64,000 nucleotides of DNA from a virus, in the IMG/VR virus record IMGVR_UViG_3300046167_000888, one strand, 5' to 3'. Positions within the stretch are counted from its first letter, which is position 1. Each line of letters begins with the position of its first letter. Shown piece after piece: positions 10,419 through 19,769 of this stretch. Position numbers and translations under genes: made by a program. The notes under the pieces were generated by a model. That model made no database searches, was not told the origin of the DNA, and was given only the letters and a program-made list of their open reading frames with translations.

Positions 10419-11507
10419 ATGAAAAAATTACTCTTTATGTTAGCGGGGTTAATGCTAACGACAACAGTTTATGCCCAAACTACATCACCTGATGCCAATA
10501 AGCCTTATGTGATTCTTGATTCTAATTATACTTTAGAATCAATTAGTTCTTCAAATAATACAATAGTAGATATTTATTATGACAATACTACAGGCAACAA
10601 AGTAAAAGGTGTTCAATTTTCTTTTAATTATGATAAAGATGTATTTGATTCTCCAACTGTAACTTACAACAATACTTCAGGTACTGATGGTTATTTATCT
10701 ACAAGTGTAGATGCAACAAATGGTATCGTAAAAGTTGTATGGGCTTATAATGGTGCTACTTCTACTTTTGATATTACTTCTGGTAATATGTTTGATGTTT
10801 CGTTACCATTTAAAGATGCTTATACTAATGGTACAGTTGATGGAATTGACTTTACTAGTACCTTAACTGCTTATTATGCAAAATCTGATGGAACAGATGC
10901 TTCATTAGGTACATCAGATAATGGTGGTAATTTTATAGAACCAGTATTTAATTACATAGCTACTATTTTAAATAGCCCTTCAAATCCAACTGAATCGATT
11001 CCTGTAATTTTACAAAAATCTGCAGATGGTAGTTCTTGGGCAAATGTATCTACAATAACAACTGGAGCAGATGGAAAAGCAACATTCGTAGCAAACCTAG
11101 ACCAAGGTTATTGGCAATTAAGACTTAAAATTGCAAGTGGATTAAATGCTAGTACAGCACTAACAACAGCTGATGCTAATATGATTGCTCAAATAGCAGC
11201 AGGGGCACAAGCAACATCAGGTATACAATTTTATACTGCTAACCCAAATCAAGCAAATGGAGTTACAGTATCAGATTCTTATTTATTGTTTGCTAGATTA
11301 GCAACTAATGGTACAAGTTACGCTAATAATCCAGATGTATTATTCTTTACAGAATCACAGTATAATACTATTAACAGTGCAACATCAGACCAGTCTAGTT
11401 CAATACCAGGTCTAGCAGAATTCTTATCACCAAATATAAATGGAACTACAACTGGTAATTTCTATATATTAGTATTAGGTGATGCCAACGGAACAGGATT
11501 AAATTAA
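10419..11507 (+). CDS. Secreted protein: cohesin-like domain + beta-sandwich + dockerin-like domain
   Basis: Signal peptide ending VYA|Q; VKGVQFSFNYDKDVF..GIVKVVW (cohesin); LTTADANMIAQ..ANPNQANGVTVSDSYLL..LGDANG (dockerin-like). Confidence 0.65.
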   Translation: MKKLLFMLAGLMLTTTVYAQTTSPDANKPYVILDSNYTLESISSSNNTIVDIYYDNTTGNKVKGVQFSFNYDKDVFDSPTVTYNNTSGTDGYLSTSVDATNGIVKVVWAYNGATSTFDITSGNMFDVSLPFKDAYTNGTVDGIDFTSTLTAYYAKSDGTDASLGTSDNGGNFIEPVFNYIATILNSPSNPTESIPVILQKSADGSSWANVSTITTGADGKATFVANLDQGYWQLRLKIASGLNASTALTTADANMIAQIAAGAQATSGIQFYTANPNQANGVTVSDSYLLFARLATNGTSYANNPDVLFFTESQYNTINSATSDQSSSIPGLAEFLSPNINGTTTGNFYILVLGDANGTGLN

Positions 11508-11510
11508 TAA

Positions 11511-12245
11511 ATGAGATTATTATTAATACTATTACTAACAATAACAACAGTAGCTCATTCTCAGGTCGTATTTAAAGTACCTGAGATTGAGGTTCCTGTT
11601 AGTGAGTATATTAATTTACCTGTAGAGATTGAAACCTCAGGAGAAACAGTTGGAAGTTTAGAATTTGCTTTAAATTTTGATTCACAGTATTTAGAATTTG
11701 AAAATATTACTGTAACAGCTAAGGCACAAGAATGGCTGACATACACACAGGATTGGGAAGGTGAAAAAGTAAGATGGGGAGGTTATGATGCCTCTTTTGG
11801 TGACTTTACTATAAGTAATACAACTGAATTATTTACAGTAAGATTTAAGGTTATTGATCAAAATTGGACTGAAATACCAATTACTATAGGGAGAAAAACA
11901 GCAGGCACAGATTTAGGATGGGATATTGATGTTGATAATACAGATGGATATGTTAATAGAATGTCACTTCCATTTGATACACAACCAATAGATGGTATTT
12001 ACGGTATAGTATATCCTGTCCCAGTAAAAGGTCCATTAACATTTGAATTAACAGTTCCTGATAATGACTTTTATACAATTAGAGTAATTACGTATAACGG
12101 AACATTAATGAAATCAATTAGAAAGAAATTTTTTAGTGGTTATGTTTCATTTCAAATGGATTTATCAAATTTAGCATCTGCAATTTATTTACTACAAGTA
12201 ACTAATGGTAGATTTATTAAAACATTTAAAATTATTAAAAAATGA
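11511..12245 (+). CDS. Secreted cohesin-domain protein with T9SS type A C-terminal sorting domain
   Basis: Signal peptide; LPVEIE..VGSLEFALNFDSQYLEF..ELFTVRFKV (cohesin); IVYPVPV..DLSNLASAIYLLQV..TFKIIKK (Por secretion tail). Confidence 0.8.
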   Translation: MRLLLILLLTITTVAHSQVVFKVPEIEVPVSEYINLPVEIETSGETVGSLEFALNFDSQYLEFENITVTAKAQEWLTYTQDWEGEKVRWGGYDASFGDFTISNTTELFTVRFKVIDQNWTEIPITIGRKTAGTDLGWDIDVDNTDGYVNRMSLPFDTQPIDGIYGIVYPVPVKGPLTFELTVPDNDFYTIRVITYNGTLMKSIRKKFFSGYVSFQMDLSNLASAIYLLQVTNGRFIKTFKIIKK

Positions 12246-12499
12246 GTAAAAATAAAGGATTTTTTTCGGAAATTAAAAACCAAGTAAAGACAGGTATAGG
12301 ATTAGTTATAACAGCAGGTTTCGGATTATTAATTGCTAATATGCAATCAATATTTGAACCTAAAGAAGATGTTATAGAACCACCTGTAATGGAACAAAAG
12401 ATTAACCCACCAGCAGCTTCTAAAGATACTATTGTAATTTCTAAAACAATAATTATACCTCCTAAGAAAGAAAAAAAAGAAGAAGAAATAACATGGTAA
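12242..12499 (+). CDS. Small single-pass membrane protein
   Basis: One hydrophobic helix, Pro-rich linker; overlaps both neighbours. Confidence 0.6.
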   Translation: MSKNKGFFSEIKNQVKTGIGLVITAGFGLLIANMQSIFEPKEDVIEPPVMEQKINPPAASKDTIVISKTIIIPPKKEKKEEEITW

Positions 12500-13197
12500 G
12501 AATATTTTTAGTCATATCGTTACTCCTAAGTCTTACAGCTAATGCTCAATTAGGTAAAACTGAAACAGAAAATTATAAAGGTAAATTTGAACAAGATGCA
12601 GATATAGATGAAGTATCTGATTATATGTTAGATTATCAATTACCAATTCAAGTCTTAAATATTGGCTTCACACCAGAATTATATGAGTTTTATCCTGAAT
12701 TAAGAGAAAATAGAGTAGGATTAGGTGTTAGTAATATTACTTTATCTTATCTAGAATGGACTGATAGATTTTTATTTACAGAAGATAAAGAAGATATTAA
12801 ACAAAGAATGGTTAAGCAACATAAAGCTGCAGCAAAAGGTATATCGGCAAACGATATTAAAGTTGTAGGCAATGTTGTGTTAGCAGAATATTTTGTATAT
12901 GTAGAAATCTATGATTACTCGGTATCAGAAGAAGAAGAAGTTACAGTTAATGGGGTTAAAACTGTATTAAAAACAATTATTGGTATGCAAGTTAGATTTG
13001 TGAATGCTGAAACTGGAACTATTTTTACAGGAAGTGGTAGTGGTGAAGCAGTTACAATTAAACGATCTCAAATTGGAGAAGATAATGAAGTTAAATTTAA
13101 TAAATCTACAATAGGGATTGCTACTAAAAAAGCTTTAGAATCTGGAACTGCTCGTATCGTAAAAAGGATGATAAAACGTGGAATATTTAAAGAATAA
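12493..13197 (+). CDS. CsgG/HfaB-like periplasmic/outer-membrane assembly protein
   Basis: Signal peptide; GLGVSNITLSYL..RF, AEYFVYVEIYDY, IGMQVRFVNAETGTI pattern. Confidence 0.65.
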   Translation: MVRIFLVISLLLSLTANAQLGKTETENYKGKFEQDADIDEVSDYMLDYQLPIQVLNIGFTPELYEFYPELRENRVGLGVSNITLSYLEWTDRFLFTEDKEDIKQRMVKQHKAAAKGISANDIKVVGNVVLAEYFVYVEIYDYSVSEEEEVTVNGVKTVLKTIIGMQVRFVNAETGTIFTGSGSGEAVTIKRSQIGEDNEVKFNKSTIGIATKKALESGTARIVKRMIKRGIFKE

Positions 13198-14344
13198 AAT
13201 ATTATTAATTTTATTTCTCTTACCATTAGTAAGTTACGGCCAGTGGTCTTATACATTTACAGACCCTTGTACTTTAACTCAACAAACAATTCAAATAGGA
13301 GGCAGCAACTCTGTTGCTTTAAATTATTTTGGTAATGTCCAAACATTTACTCAAGATGATTTTTCAAATGGAGCTTTTGATTCTTGGTTAGATTTAGTTA
13401 CTCAAGCTAATACTTCAAGCCCTTGTCAAAGTGTAACTCAAGTAATATTAAATACTACTAATTCAGTAGCAGTACAAAATACAGTTACAGTTGTTACAAA
13501 TATAATGTCTATATTAGGAGGAGATATGATACCTCAAGCAGCTTCATCTACAGCAGCCCCAGTTGCTGAAGCAATAGATAACTCTGCAGGTGAAGATGAA
13601 GATGAAGGATCAGGTAATGAAGAAGAAGAAGCCGAAGGTGCTGTTGCTACCTCACTTGCTAATTCTCTTTCAAATGCTGCAGATGGAGGAAGTGCAGAAG
13701 CTAATAAAAATGCTGGTTCATTAATTGCATCTGGAGATCTTGTAATTATAGACAATCAAGATAATTCAAACGGAAGACAACTAAAAGTAGTTAGCTCAAT
13801 TACACACGCCAATACAGAACAAACTAGAATTAAAGGAGCCTTATTTACATATACATCTGTTACTAATGATTTTAGTTTAACCCTTTATAAATCATGGATT
13901 AATCCTAAAAGAACATTTAATTTAGTAGGTGCAAACACTACTATGACAGATTGGAATTTGAACCATTTAAATACAACTACTATTTTAGAGTCATTTAAAT
14001 TTGGTAAAAAGAAATATACAGGTATGGCTGGTCTTAATTTTACAATCGGAAAATTAGGTAAACGAGATCTACAAAATATATCTTCAGTAGCTGGAATACA
14101 TAGAAATTTTAAAATAAGTGATAAAGTAACTACATCAACTTTACTATTAGGTGTCTATTCTCCATTTACACAATATTATGAAGGCAAATGGTGGGATCCA
14201 GGTATGCTAATAGTACCTTTTAGTTCATGGGATATAAAAATAACAAAAACATTTAAATATAATATCAGTTTTACTGGAGTTTGGCATTCACAAGGAAATG
14301 CATTAAATTTTCAGGTATTAACTGGTGGTAAAATAAGATTTTAA
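13178..14344 (+). CDS. Secreted protein with acidic low-complexity linker and probable C-terminal outer-membrane beta-barrel
   Basis: Signal peptide, Cys pair, EDEDEGSGNEEEE linker, amphipathic strands, terminal GGKIRF. Confidence 0.6.
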   Translation: MEYLKNKILLILFLLPLVSYGQWSYTFTDPCTLTQQTIQIGGSNSVALNYFGNVQTFTQDDFSNGAFDSWLDLVTQANTSSPCQSVTQVILNTTNSVAVQNTVTVVTNIMSILGGDMIPQAASSTAAPVAEAIDNSAGEDEDEGSGNEEEEAEGAVATSLANSLSNAADGGSAEANKNAGSLIASGDLVIIDNQDNSNGRQLKVVSSITHANTEQTRIKGALFTYTSVTNDFSLTLYKSWINPKRTFNLVGANTTMTDWNLNHLNTTTILESFKFGKKKYTGMAGLNFTIGKLGKRDLQNISSVAGIHRNFKISDKVTTSTLLLGVYSPFTQYYEGKWWDPGMLIVPFSSWDIKITKTFKYNISFTGVWHSQGNALNFQVLTGGKIRF

Positions 14345-14345
14345 T

Positions 14346-14786
14346 ATGAAAAAAATAATTATAACATTAATGCTTTTACCTATACTTTCATTCTCACAGG
14401 AATGTTATACTGTAACTGAAGTAAGTACACAGGTTGAAATGGAAGAAATTAGTAAAAACCGTATAATATTTGGTATAAAACAAATAATGGAAGATGTAAT
14501 CTCAGACAAATATGAATTATGTATGGATGGGAAACCTATAACAATAATAGTAAAATCTATAGAAGCACCTACAACAAGTATTGAATTTGGAGTCTGGAGT
14601 AAAGCCGCAAAAAAAACAATTGTTAAAATGCTAGTTTACATAGATGGTAAAGAAATTGAAGTAACTGGTAAAGCTAAATCTACAGTAGAATCGACTTTTA
14701 TTGATTTAAATAATGAAAAATTACCATTTAGCAAAACAACATTTTCTTCTGCAATAAAAAAGGCAATTGATCGAATAAAATTTTAA
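14346..14786 (+). CDS. Secreted hypothetical protein, possibly a CsgG-partner alpha/beta domain
   Basis: Signal peptide; KTTFSSAIKKA resembles the KSTIGIATKKA tail of the CsgG-like ORF. Confidence 0.55.
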   Translation: MKKIIITLMLLPILSFSQECYTVTEVSTQVEMEEISKNRIIFGIKQIMEDVISDKYELCMDGKPITIIVKSIEAPTTSIEFGVWSKAAKKTIVKMLVYIDGKEIEVTGKAKSTVESTFIDLNNEKLPFSKTTFSSAIKKAIDRIKF

Positions 14787-14846
14787 ATTTCTTCGAATAT
14801 AATTAAATTTTCATATATTTATTGATAAACATAAAACGATAATAAT

Positions 14847-16043
14847 ATGAGGATATTAGTATTAATTGTTTCGTTTATTTTATTTTCACCAACCGTTTTA
14901 CAAGCCCAAATTTTTCAAGAAATCTATAAAGATTTTTTAAAATATGGTACTGTTTATGGAGCAGGTGATATTTCAAACTCAATAGAGGCTGCAGAGCCAA
15001 CTTACTTTTTAAGAACAAACCCAGATGGGAGTTTATATTCAATTCCTGATGTGGTTGATAATACTCCAAAATATCCATTTGATTACAGATATGGATTTGG
15101 AATAAGAAAATTAGCTAGATTTGATTACGAGAGAAAACCAAAGAATTTTTATGATGGTACAGAAGAACAATTAGTATTTTCTGCCCCAACATCAGCAGTA
15201 CAAGGATTAGAATACCAATTCCATTATGAAAAAGAAAGATGGAGAGGAGAAAATTTTACAAATTATAATTACTTTTTAAAACACACAGGTAAATATCATA
15301 TTGTAAAACTTCAAGCTAGAGAAGTAGGTAAAATTAATCTTAAATATAATTCAGCCGAAGTAAGAGGTAGATTACCAATAGGAAAAAAGTTTAGCTTTTC
15401 AGCTGGAGCAATATTAAGAGGACATGAAAGAGCTTACGGTTATAACCCAGTCGAAATATGGTTAAATGAAATTGATGAGAATGGGAACCCAGTAAATCAA
15501 TGGTATGAATTAGGAAGAAATTATGGTTATAATGATATTTTCTATACACAAACAAGCATAGACCCAATTACAGGAGAAGAAACAACAATGCAAGATTGGT
15601 GTTGGGTAGATGCAGATGGAAACCAAGTAGCACACTCAGATTTAGATTTTAGAGAAACTGTAATGCCTATGTTAATGAATAGGTTTAACGGTGAAGCTTG
15701 GGATTTATTAGATCCATGGTTAGATTTAGCACCAATAGTAGGTGTAGATTTTTACCACTACAAAAAAGATTTTTGGCTACACGGATATGCTAATTATATT
15801 TTACCATACCACAGGTATATTAGAGGAAATGAAGATTTTAGTTACTTACACAGAAATAGTTGGGGACTTGGAGGTCACAATAACAATTTAAAAGGTGAAC
15901 AATGGCACGATTATTCTTTTGGTGTTAATTTAGGAACTAAAATTGGTAAAAACTTAGGGATATTCATAGAAGGAGAATATTCAAAAATGTGGGATAGCAA
16001 ATTATATCAAACAACCTTCGGATTAAATTATACATTTAAATAA
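14847..16043 (+). CDS. Probable outer-membrane beta-barrel protein
   Basis: Signal peptide, aromatic-rich alternating strands, C-terminal TFGLNYTFK beta-signal. Confidence 0.65.
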   Translation: MRILVLIVSFILFSPTVLQAQIFQEIYKDFLKYGTVYGAGDISNSIEAAEPTYFLRTNPDGSLYSIPDVVDNTPKYPFDYRYGFGIRKLARFDYERKPKNFYDGTEEQLVFSAPTSAVQGLEYQFHYEKERWRGENFTNYNYFLKHTGKYHIVKLQAREVGKINLKYNSAEVRGRLPIGKKFSFSAGAILRGHERAYGYNPVEIWLNEIDENGNPVNQWYELGRNYGYNDIFYTQTSIDPITGEETTMQDWCWVDADGNQVAHSDLDFRETVMPMLMNRFNGEAWDLLDPWLDLAPIVGVDFYHYKKDFWLHGYANYILPYHRYIRGNEDFSYLHRNSWGLGGHNNNLKGEQWHDYSFGVNLGTKIGKNLGIFIEGEYSKMWDSKLYQTTFGLNYTFK

Positions 16044-16327
16044 TGGCAAAGCAAATAGGAGAAGATACTAAGGTAACTTTGGATTTAAAAACTATTGGGA
16101 TGATAGTAGCTTTTACTGTCTCTCTAGCAGGTATGTATTTTACACTAAAAGCAGATATAGCTTACGCAGCTACACAACCTGAACCAGTTATTGAAAGGGT
16201 AGAATATGACTTAAAGGATGAGTTAATTCGCCAAACCATAATGGATACCCAAGAAGACGTTGAAATGATACTGGAGAAAATGGAAAAGCTAGAAGAGCGT
16301 CTTTATGAGTTATCTAAAAATAGATAA
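16043..16327 (+). CDS. Small membrane-anchored coiled-coil protein
   Basis: TM helix followed by heptad-rich tail. Confidence 0.55.
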   Translation: MAKQIGEDTKVTLDLKTIGMIVAFTVSLAGMYFTLKADIAYAATQPEPVIERVEYDLKDELIRQTIMDTQEDVEMILEKMEKLEERLYELSKNR

Positions 16328-16329
16328 AC

Positions 16330-16755
16330 ATGAAAAAACTTTTAATATTATTTTATATTTTTCCTTCAATGCTTTTAGCACAACAGGAAGTTCCTGAAAA
16401 ATATTGGTTAGATGATTCAAATTACGAAGAAATTGTAAATGGCAATTCAGCATTTGGTGATGATGATAGCAAAATTGTAGTAGTAGAATATTGGGCCAAA
16501 TTTAATGAAATAAATTGTTACGAACACTGGCAAGAGCTAGCAAATAGACCAGACATAGAATATTATAGAGTAGATATTTCTAAAGCTCCACTAGCAAAGA
16601 AAAAATATAGAGTTAGAATGGCTCCCACCATGTTTATTATAACTCAAGATGGAATACAATCTAAATTTAAAGCAGGATTAGATCTATTATTCCCCTCTTC
16701 TAAAGAAGAAGTTGAAGAAGCTATTGAAGAAGCTAAAAATTCCAATAGATTTTAA
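16330..16755 (+). CDS. Secreted thioredoxin-fold protein lacking CxxC
   Basis: Signal peptide; IVVVEYWAKFN, YYRVDI, KKYRVRMAPTM. Confidence 0.65.
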   Translation: MKKLLILFYIFPSMLLAQQEVPEKYWLDDSNYEEIVNGNSAFGDDDSKIVVVEYWAKFNEINCYEHWQELANRPDIEYYRVDISKAPLAKKKYRVRMAPTMFIITQDGIQSKFKAGLDLLFPSSKEEVEEAIEEAKNSNRF

Positions 16756-16817
16756 TATTTATAACCACACCAATAAGGTTCCGCTAATAGTTTTACTAAT
16801 TTTTAAAAACTAGAAGT

Positions 16818-17057
16818 ATGGCATTTAAAGATTTGTTTAAAGACGACAATAACATTAACGAAAAATCAGTAGTAGGATTTGCATCCTTCCTGGTAATGGT
16901 CATTTTCGCAGTAGTAGATATTATTACTGGGGTATTTGGTCAAGAACTTCAAATTCAAGATTACATTTATAACTCTTTTGTAATCATAACTCTCGGTTCA
17001 TTCGGAATCGCTGAGGTAGGCAAAATCTTCGGTAAGAAAAAAGACGAAGACAACTAG
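16818..17057 (+). CDS. Two-TM membrane protein (holin candidate)
   Basis: Two hydrophobic helices, charged C-terminus. Confidence 0.5.
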   Translation: MAFKDLFKDDNNINEKSVVGFASFLVMVIFAVVDIITGVFGQELQIQDYIYNSFVIITLGSFGIAEVGKIFGKKKDEDN

Positions 17058-17070
17058 TTGCTAGTTACGT

Positions 17071-17325
17071 TTGTTTAACTTAAAACCCAATTTTATGGAA
17101 ATTCTAAACAAGATCGGCTCTTGGGCTGACAAACTGACTCACATAGGTGTGTCATTAATCGCTTTAGGAGTAGTACTTGAAGTACTATTCAATGGAGCAG
17201 GAATCCCCTTTTGGCCTGAAATATCAGTGGTAGGTAATATCATGAATATTTTAGGATCATTAAACGCAGAAGGACTACTAGGTTTAGTAGGTGCTTTTGT
17301 ATTATATCATATAGTTAAAAAATAA
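17071..17325 (+). CDS. Small membrane protein
   Basis: Two hydrophobic segments; likely start ATG 17095. Confidence 0.55.
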   Translation: MFNLKPNFMEILNKIGSWADKLTHIGVSLIALGVVLEVLFNGAGIPFWPEISVVGNIMNILGSLNAEGLLGLVGAFVLYHIVKK

Positions 17326-17340
17326 GGAGGTGTTCAATAT

Positions 17341-17371
17341 TTATTCCCGTGCCCTAGTGGTACGGGGGTAA
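17341..17371. terminator. GC-rich hairpin, possible terminator
   Basis: TTATTCCCGTGCC-CTAGT-GGTACGGGGGTAA inverted repeat with G-U pairs; no clear U-tract. Confidence 0.45.
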
Positions 17372-17383
17372 TATATTATAGTT

Positions 17384-17986
17384 ATGAAAGTTGAAGTAAA
17401 AGTTATATCATTAAAGAAAAGACAAGATAGGAGAGATTATACCAATAATCATTTAAAAAACAGGTATGATTTTTCTTTTTTTGATGCTATTGATGGTAAA
17501 ACTCATCAATTTACTCCCGAAGAAAATCAATTATTTAAAAATTCTGAATTTCATACTTATAATGTATATCCTGAAGCATGTAAAGGTATATGTTTAAGTA
17601 ATTATTATTTATGGAAATACGCTGTTGATAATAATACTAATTTAGTTATATTTGAAGATGATGTTATAATTACATCCCCAGAATGGTTTAATTGGGAAGA
17701 GATGTTTAAAGATGATTTTGATTTACATTTTTTAACTAATCAAAAAGAATTTGCTAATTGTTATGCTTATTTAGTTTCAGTTAAAGGAGCAAAAAAATTA
17801 ATTAAACATTTTAACGAAGTAGGATTTATAGATCAATTAGATAATGACTTAAGACATTTACCAAAAGATAAATTTAATGCAAGAAATGAACTATTTAACC
17901 ATTTTGGTACATTTTCTCCTTATGGTAAGTGGAATTTTGGATCCGATATATTATTAGAAGGTCATAAATCTCATGTAAAGTTCTAA
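17384..17986 (+). CDS. Glycosyltransferase family 25
   Basis: VISLKKRQDRR, FDAIDG, GICLSN, IFEDD, AYLVSVKGAKKL. Confidence 0.85.
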   Translation: MKVEVKVISLKKRQDRRDYTNNHLKNRYDFSFFDAIDGKTHQFTPEENQLFKNSEFHTYNVYPEACKGICLSNYYLWKYAVDNNTNLVIFEDDVIITSPEWFNWEEMFKDDFDLHFLTNQKEFANCYAYLVSVKGAKKLIKHFNEVGFIDQLDNDLRHLPKDKFNARNELFNHFGTFSPYGKWNFGSDILLEGHKSHVKF

Positions 17987-18009
17987 TATTTATAATAAAT
18001 TATTAAGAT

Positions 18010-18477
18010 ATGAAACTAGAAGTATTAAGAGTAAGTTCACAAAAAGATAGTACTAATGGGCTTTTATTTGATATAACAGATAAAAGAAAATTTCTTTGTT
18101 ACACTTTAGAAGATGAAAAGAGAGAAGATAAAGTAATGCATGAAACAAGAATACCAGCTGGCACTTATAAAATTAAATTAAGAACAGTAGGTGGATTTCA
18201 TGGTAGGTATGAAAAAAAATATGGTTCAATGCATAAAGGAATGCTTCATGTACAAGATGTACCTGGGTTTGAATACATTTTAATTCATACAGGAAATACT
18301 GATGAACATACTTCGGGATGTTTATTAGTAGGAGATACTCAACAACAAAATGTAACCAAATCTAAAAGTGGATTTATTGGAGCTTCAGTTGATGCTTATA
18401 AAAGAATTTACCCACCAATAGCAGAAGCAATACTGCGTGGAGATGAGGTAGAAATTTCGTATGTTGACTTCGACTAA
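18010..18477 (+). CDS. DUF5675-family protein (L,D-transpeptidase-like, possible cell-wall enzyme)
   Basis: CYTLED, IPAGTY, ILIHTGNTDEHTSGCLLVG. Confidence 0.75.
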   Translation: MKLEVLRVSSQKDSTNGLLFDITDKRKFLCYTLEDEKREDKVMHETRIPAGTYKIKLRTVGGFHGRYEKKYGSMHKGMLHVQDVPGFEYILIHTGNTDEHTSGCLLVGDTQQQNVTKSKSGFIGASVDAYKRIYPPIAEAILRGDEVEISYVDFD

Positions 18478-18492
18478 TTAAAAGTTTAAATT

Positions 18493-19710
18493 ATGTTTAA
18501 AAACATTAAAAAGGGAATGTTTCCATTTCTTATTGCATTTTCTGCCTTATCAGTAAGTGCATCGGCAGCATTCTATTCAGTTTATGGATTAAGTAAGTTA
18601 TTTGCAGGAGCACAATTCCAAGTTATTATAATGGCTGGTTCATTAGAATTTGCTAAATTGGTAACTGCTTCTTTATTATACCAATATTGGGATTCAATTA
18701 ATAAAGCATTAAGAACATATTTATCTGTAGCAACCTTTATATTAGTATTAATTACTAGTATGGGTATTTATGGATTCCTAAGTGCAGCATATCAGGATAC
18801 TTATAGTAAATTAACAATAGCTGAAAATCAAAAAGGTTTTATACAACAAAAAGTTGAATTTTATCAAGCAGATGTAAATAGATACGATGAAGAAATTAAA
18901 AGAATATCTAGTAATATTAGTACTTTATCTAATGCCAAAGCCTCATCAATCCAAGTACGAGACACCTCGGTGGCTGGGGGTGTTCGAACAACGATCTCCA
19001 CAACTGAACTTAGAATGGCGCAGAATCGTATTAACATTGAGGAGGAGAATCGTAAATTGGCGCAAGGAAAGAGAGAAATAGCAGCTGATTCACTTCAAAA
19101 ATTTCAGTTACAAGTGCTAGAACTAGATAGCAACAACGAAGTTGCTGGAGAATTAGGACCACTGCAGTATTTATCGGGTTTAACGGGTACTCCTATGGAT
19201 AAAATCATAAATGTACTACTACTTATTATAATTTTTGTATTTGATCCTTTAGCTATTTCATTAGTTGTGGCTGCCAACTTTGCTTTTGATAAAGCATATC
19301 CTAAAAGAAAATATAGAGAAAATCTATATGGAGAAGATGTTGAAGTTAAACCTTTAACTTTTGAAGAACAAAAAGAACAATATATCAAAGATCATGGTAA
19401 ACATTGGGATGATAAAGAAAATATAAAAATTACTGAAGAAGAAATAAATAATGAGTTATTTAGTAGAAATGACAATGATTTAGAATATACTGAAGCAGAT
19501 GAAAAAAGAATGGATATTATTGGTCAAAATGGTAATGATGGAGAACATTATTCAGAAATAGATGAAAAAATCACTACCGAAATGGAAGAAGATGGTGTTT
19601 ATCTAACTAAAAAAGATGGTAGAGAAGTAGATAAAAAAACTTATTTTGAAAAACTTATGAATAAGGTATCTTTTTCAAAAAGAGACGACGATAATACGAA
19701 GACTTATTAA
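18493..19710 (+). CDS. Multi-pass membrane protein with coiled coil
   Basis: N-terminal TMs, SMGIYGFLS, ELGPLQYL, IIFVFDPLAI. Confidence 0.7.
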   Translation: MFKNIKKGMFPFLIAFSALSVSASAAFYSVYGLSKLFAGAQFQVIIMAGSLEFAKLVTASLLYQYWDSINKALRTYLSVATFILVLITSMGIYGFLSAAYQDTYSKLTIAENQKGFIQQKVEFYQADVNRYDEEIKRISSNISTLSNAKASSIQVRDTSVAGGVRTTISTTELRMAQNRINIEEENRKLAQGKREIAADSLQKFQLQVLELDSNNEVAGELGPLQYLSGLTGTPMDKIINVLLLIIIFVFDPLAISLVVAANFAFDKAYPKRKYRENLYGEDVEVKPLTFEEQKEQYIKDHGKHWDDKENIKITEEEINNELFSRNDNDLEYTEADEKRMDIIGQNGNDGEHYSEIDEKITTEMEEDGVYLTKKDGREVDKKTYFEKLMNKVSFSKRDDDNTKTY

Positions 19711-19716
19711 GAAATA

Positions 19717-19748
19717 TTTGGCTTCCCGAGATAGCAGTCGTATATTTA
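19717..19748 (+). promoter_or_regulatory. Repeated promoter motif
   Basis: TTTGG..TCGTATATTTA. Confidence 0.75.
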
Positions 19749-19769
19749 TGTAATAGAAAAATAAAGGTC

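Noticed and set aside
9205-16755. Host chromosomal contamination explaining the secreted-protein block
   Set aside because: Same strand, AT content and tight packing as flanking phage genes, and it carries the same ATATTTAT intergenic motif; read-level confirmation is still advisable
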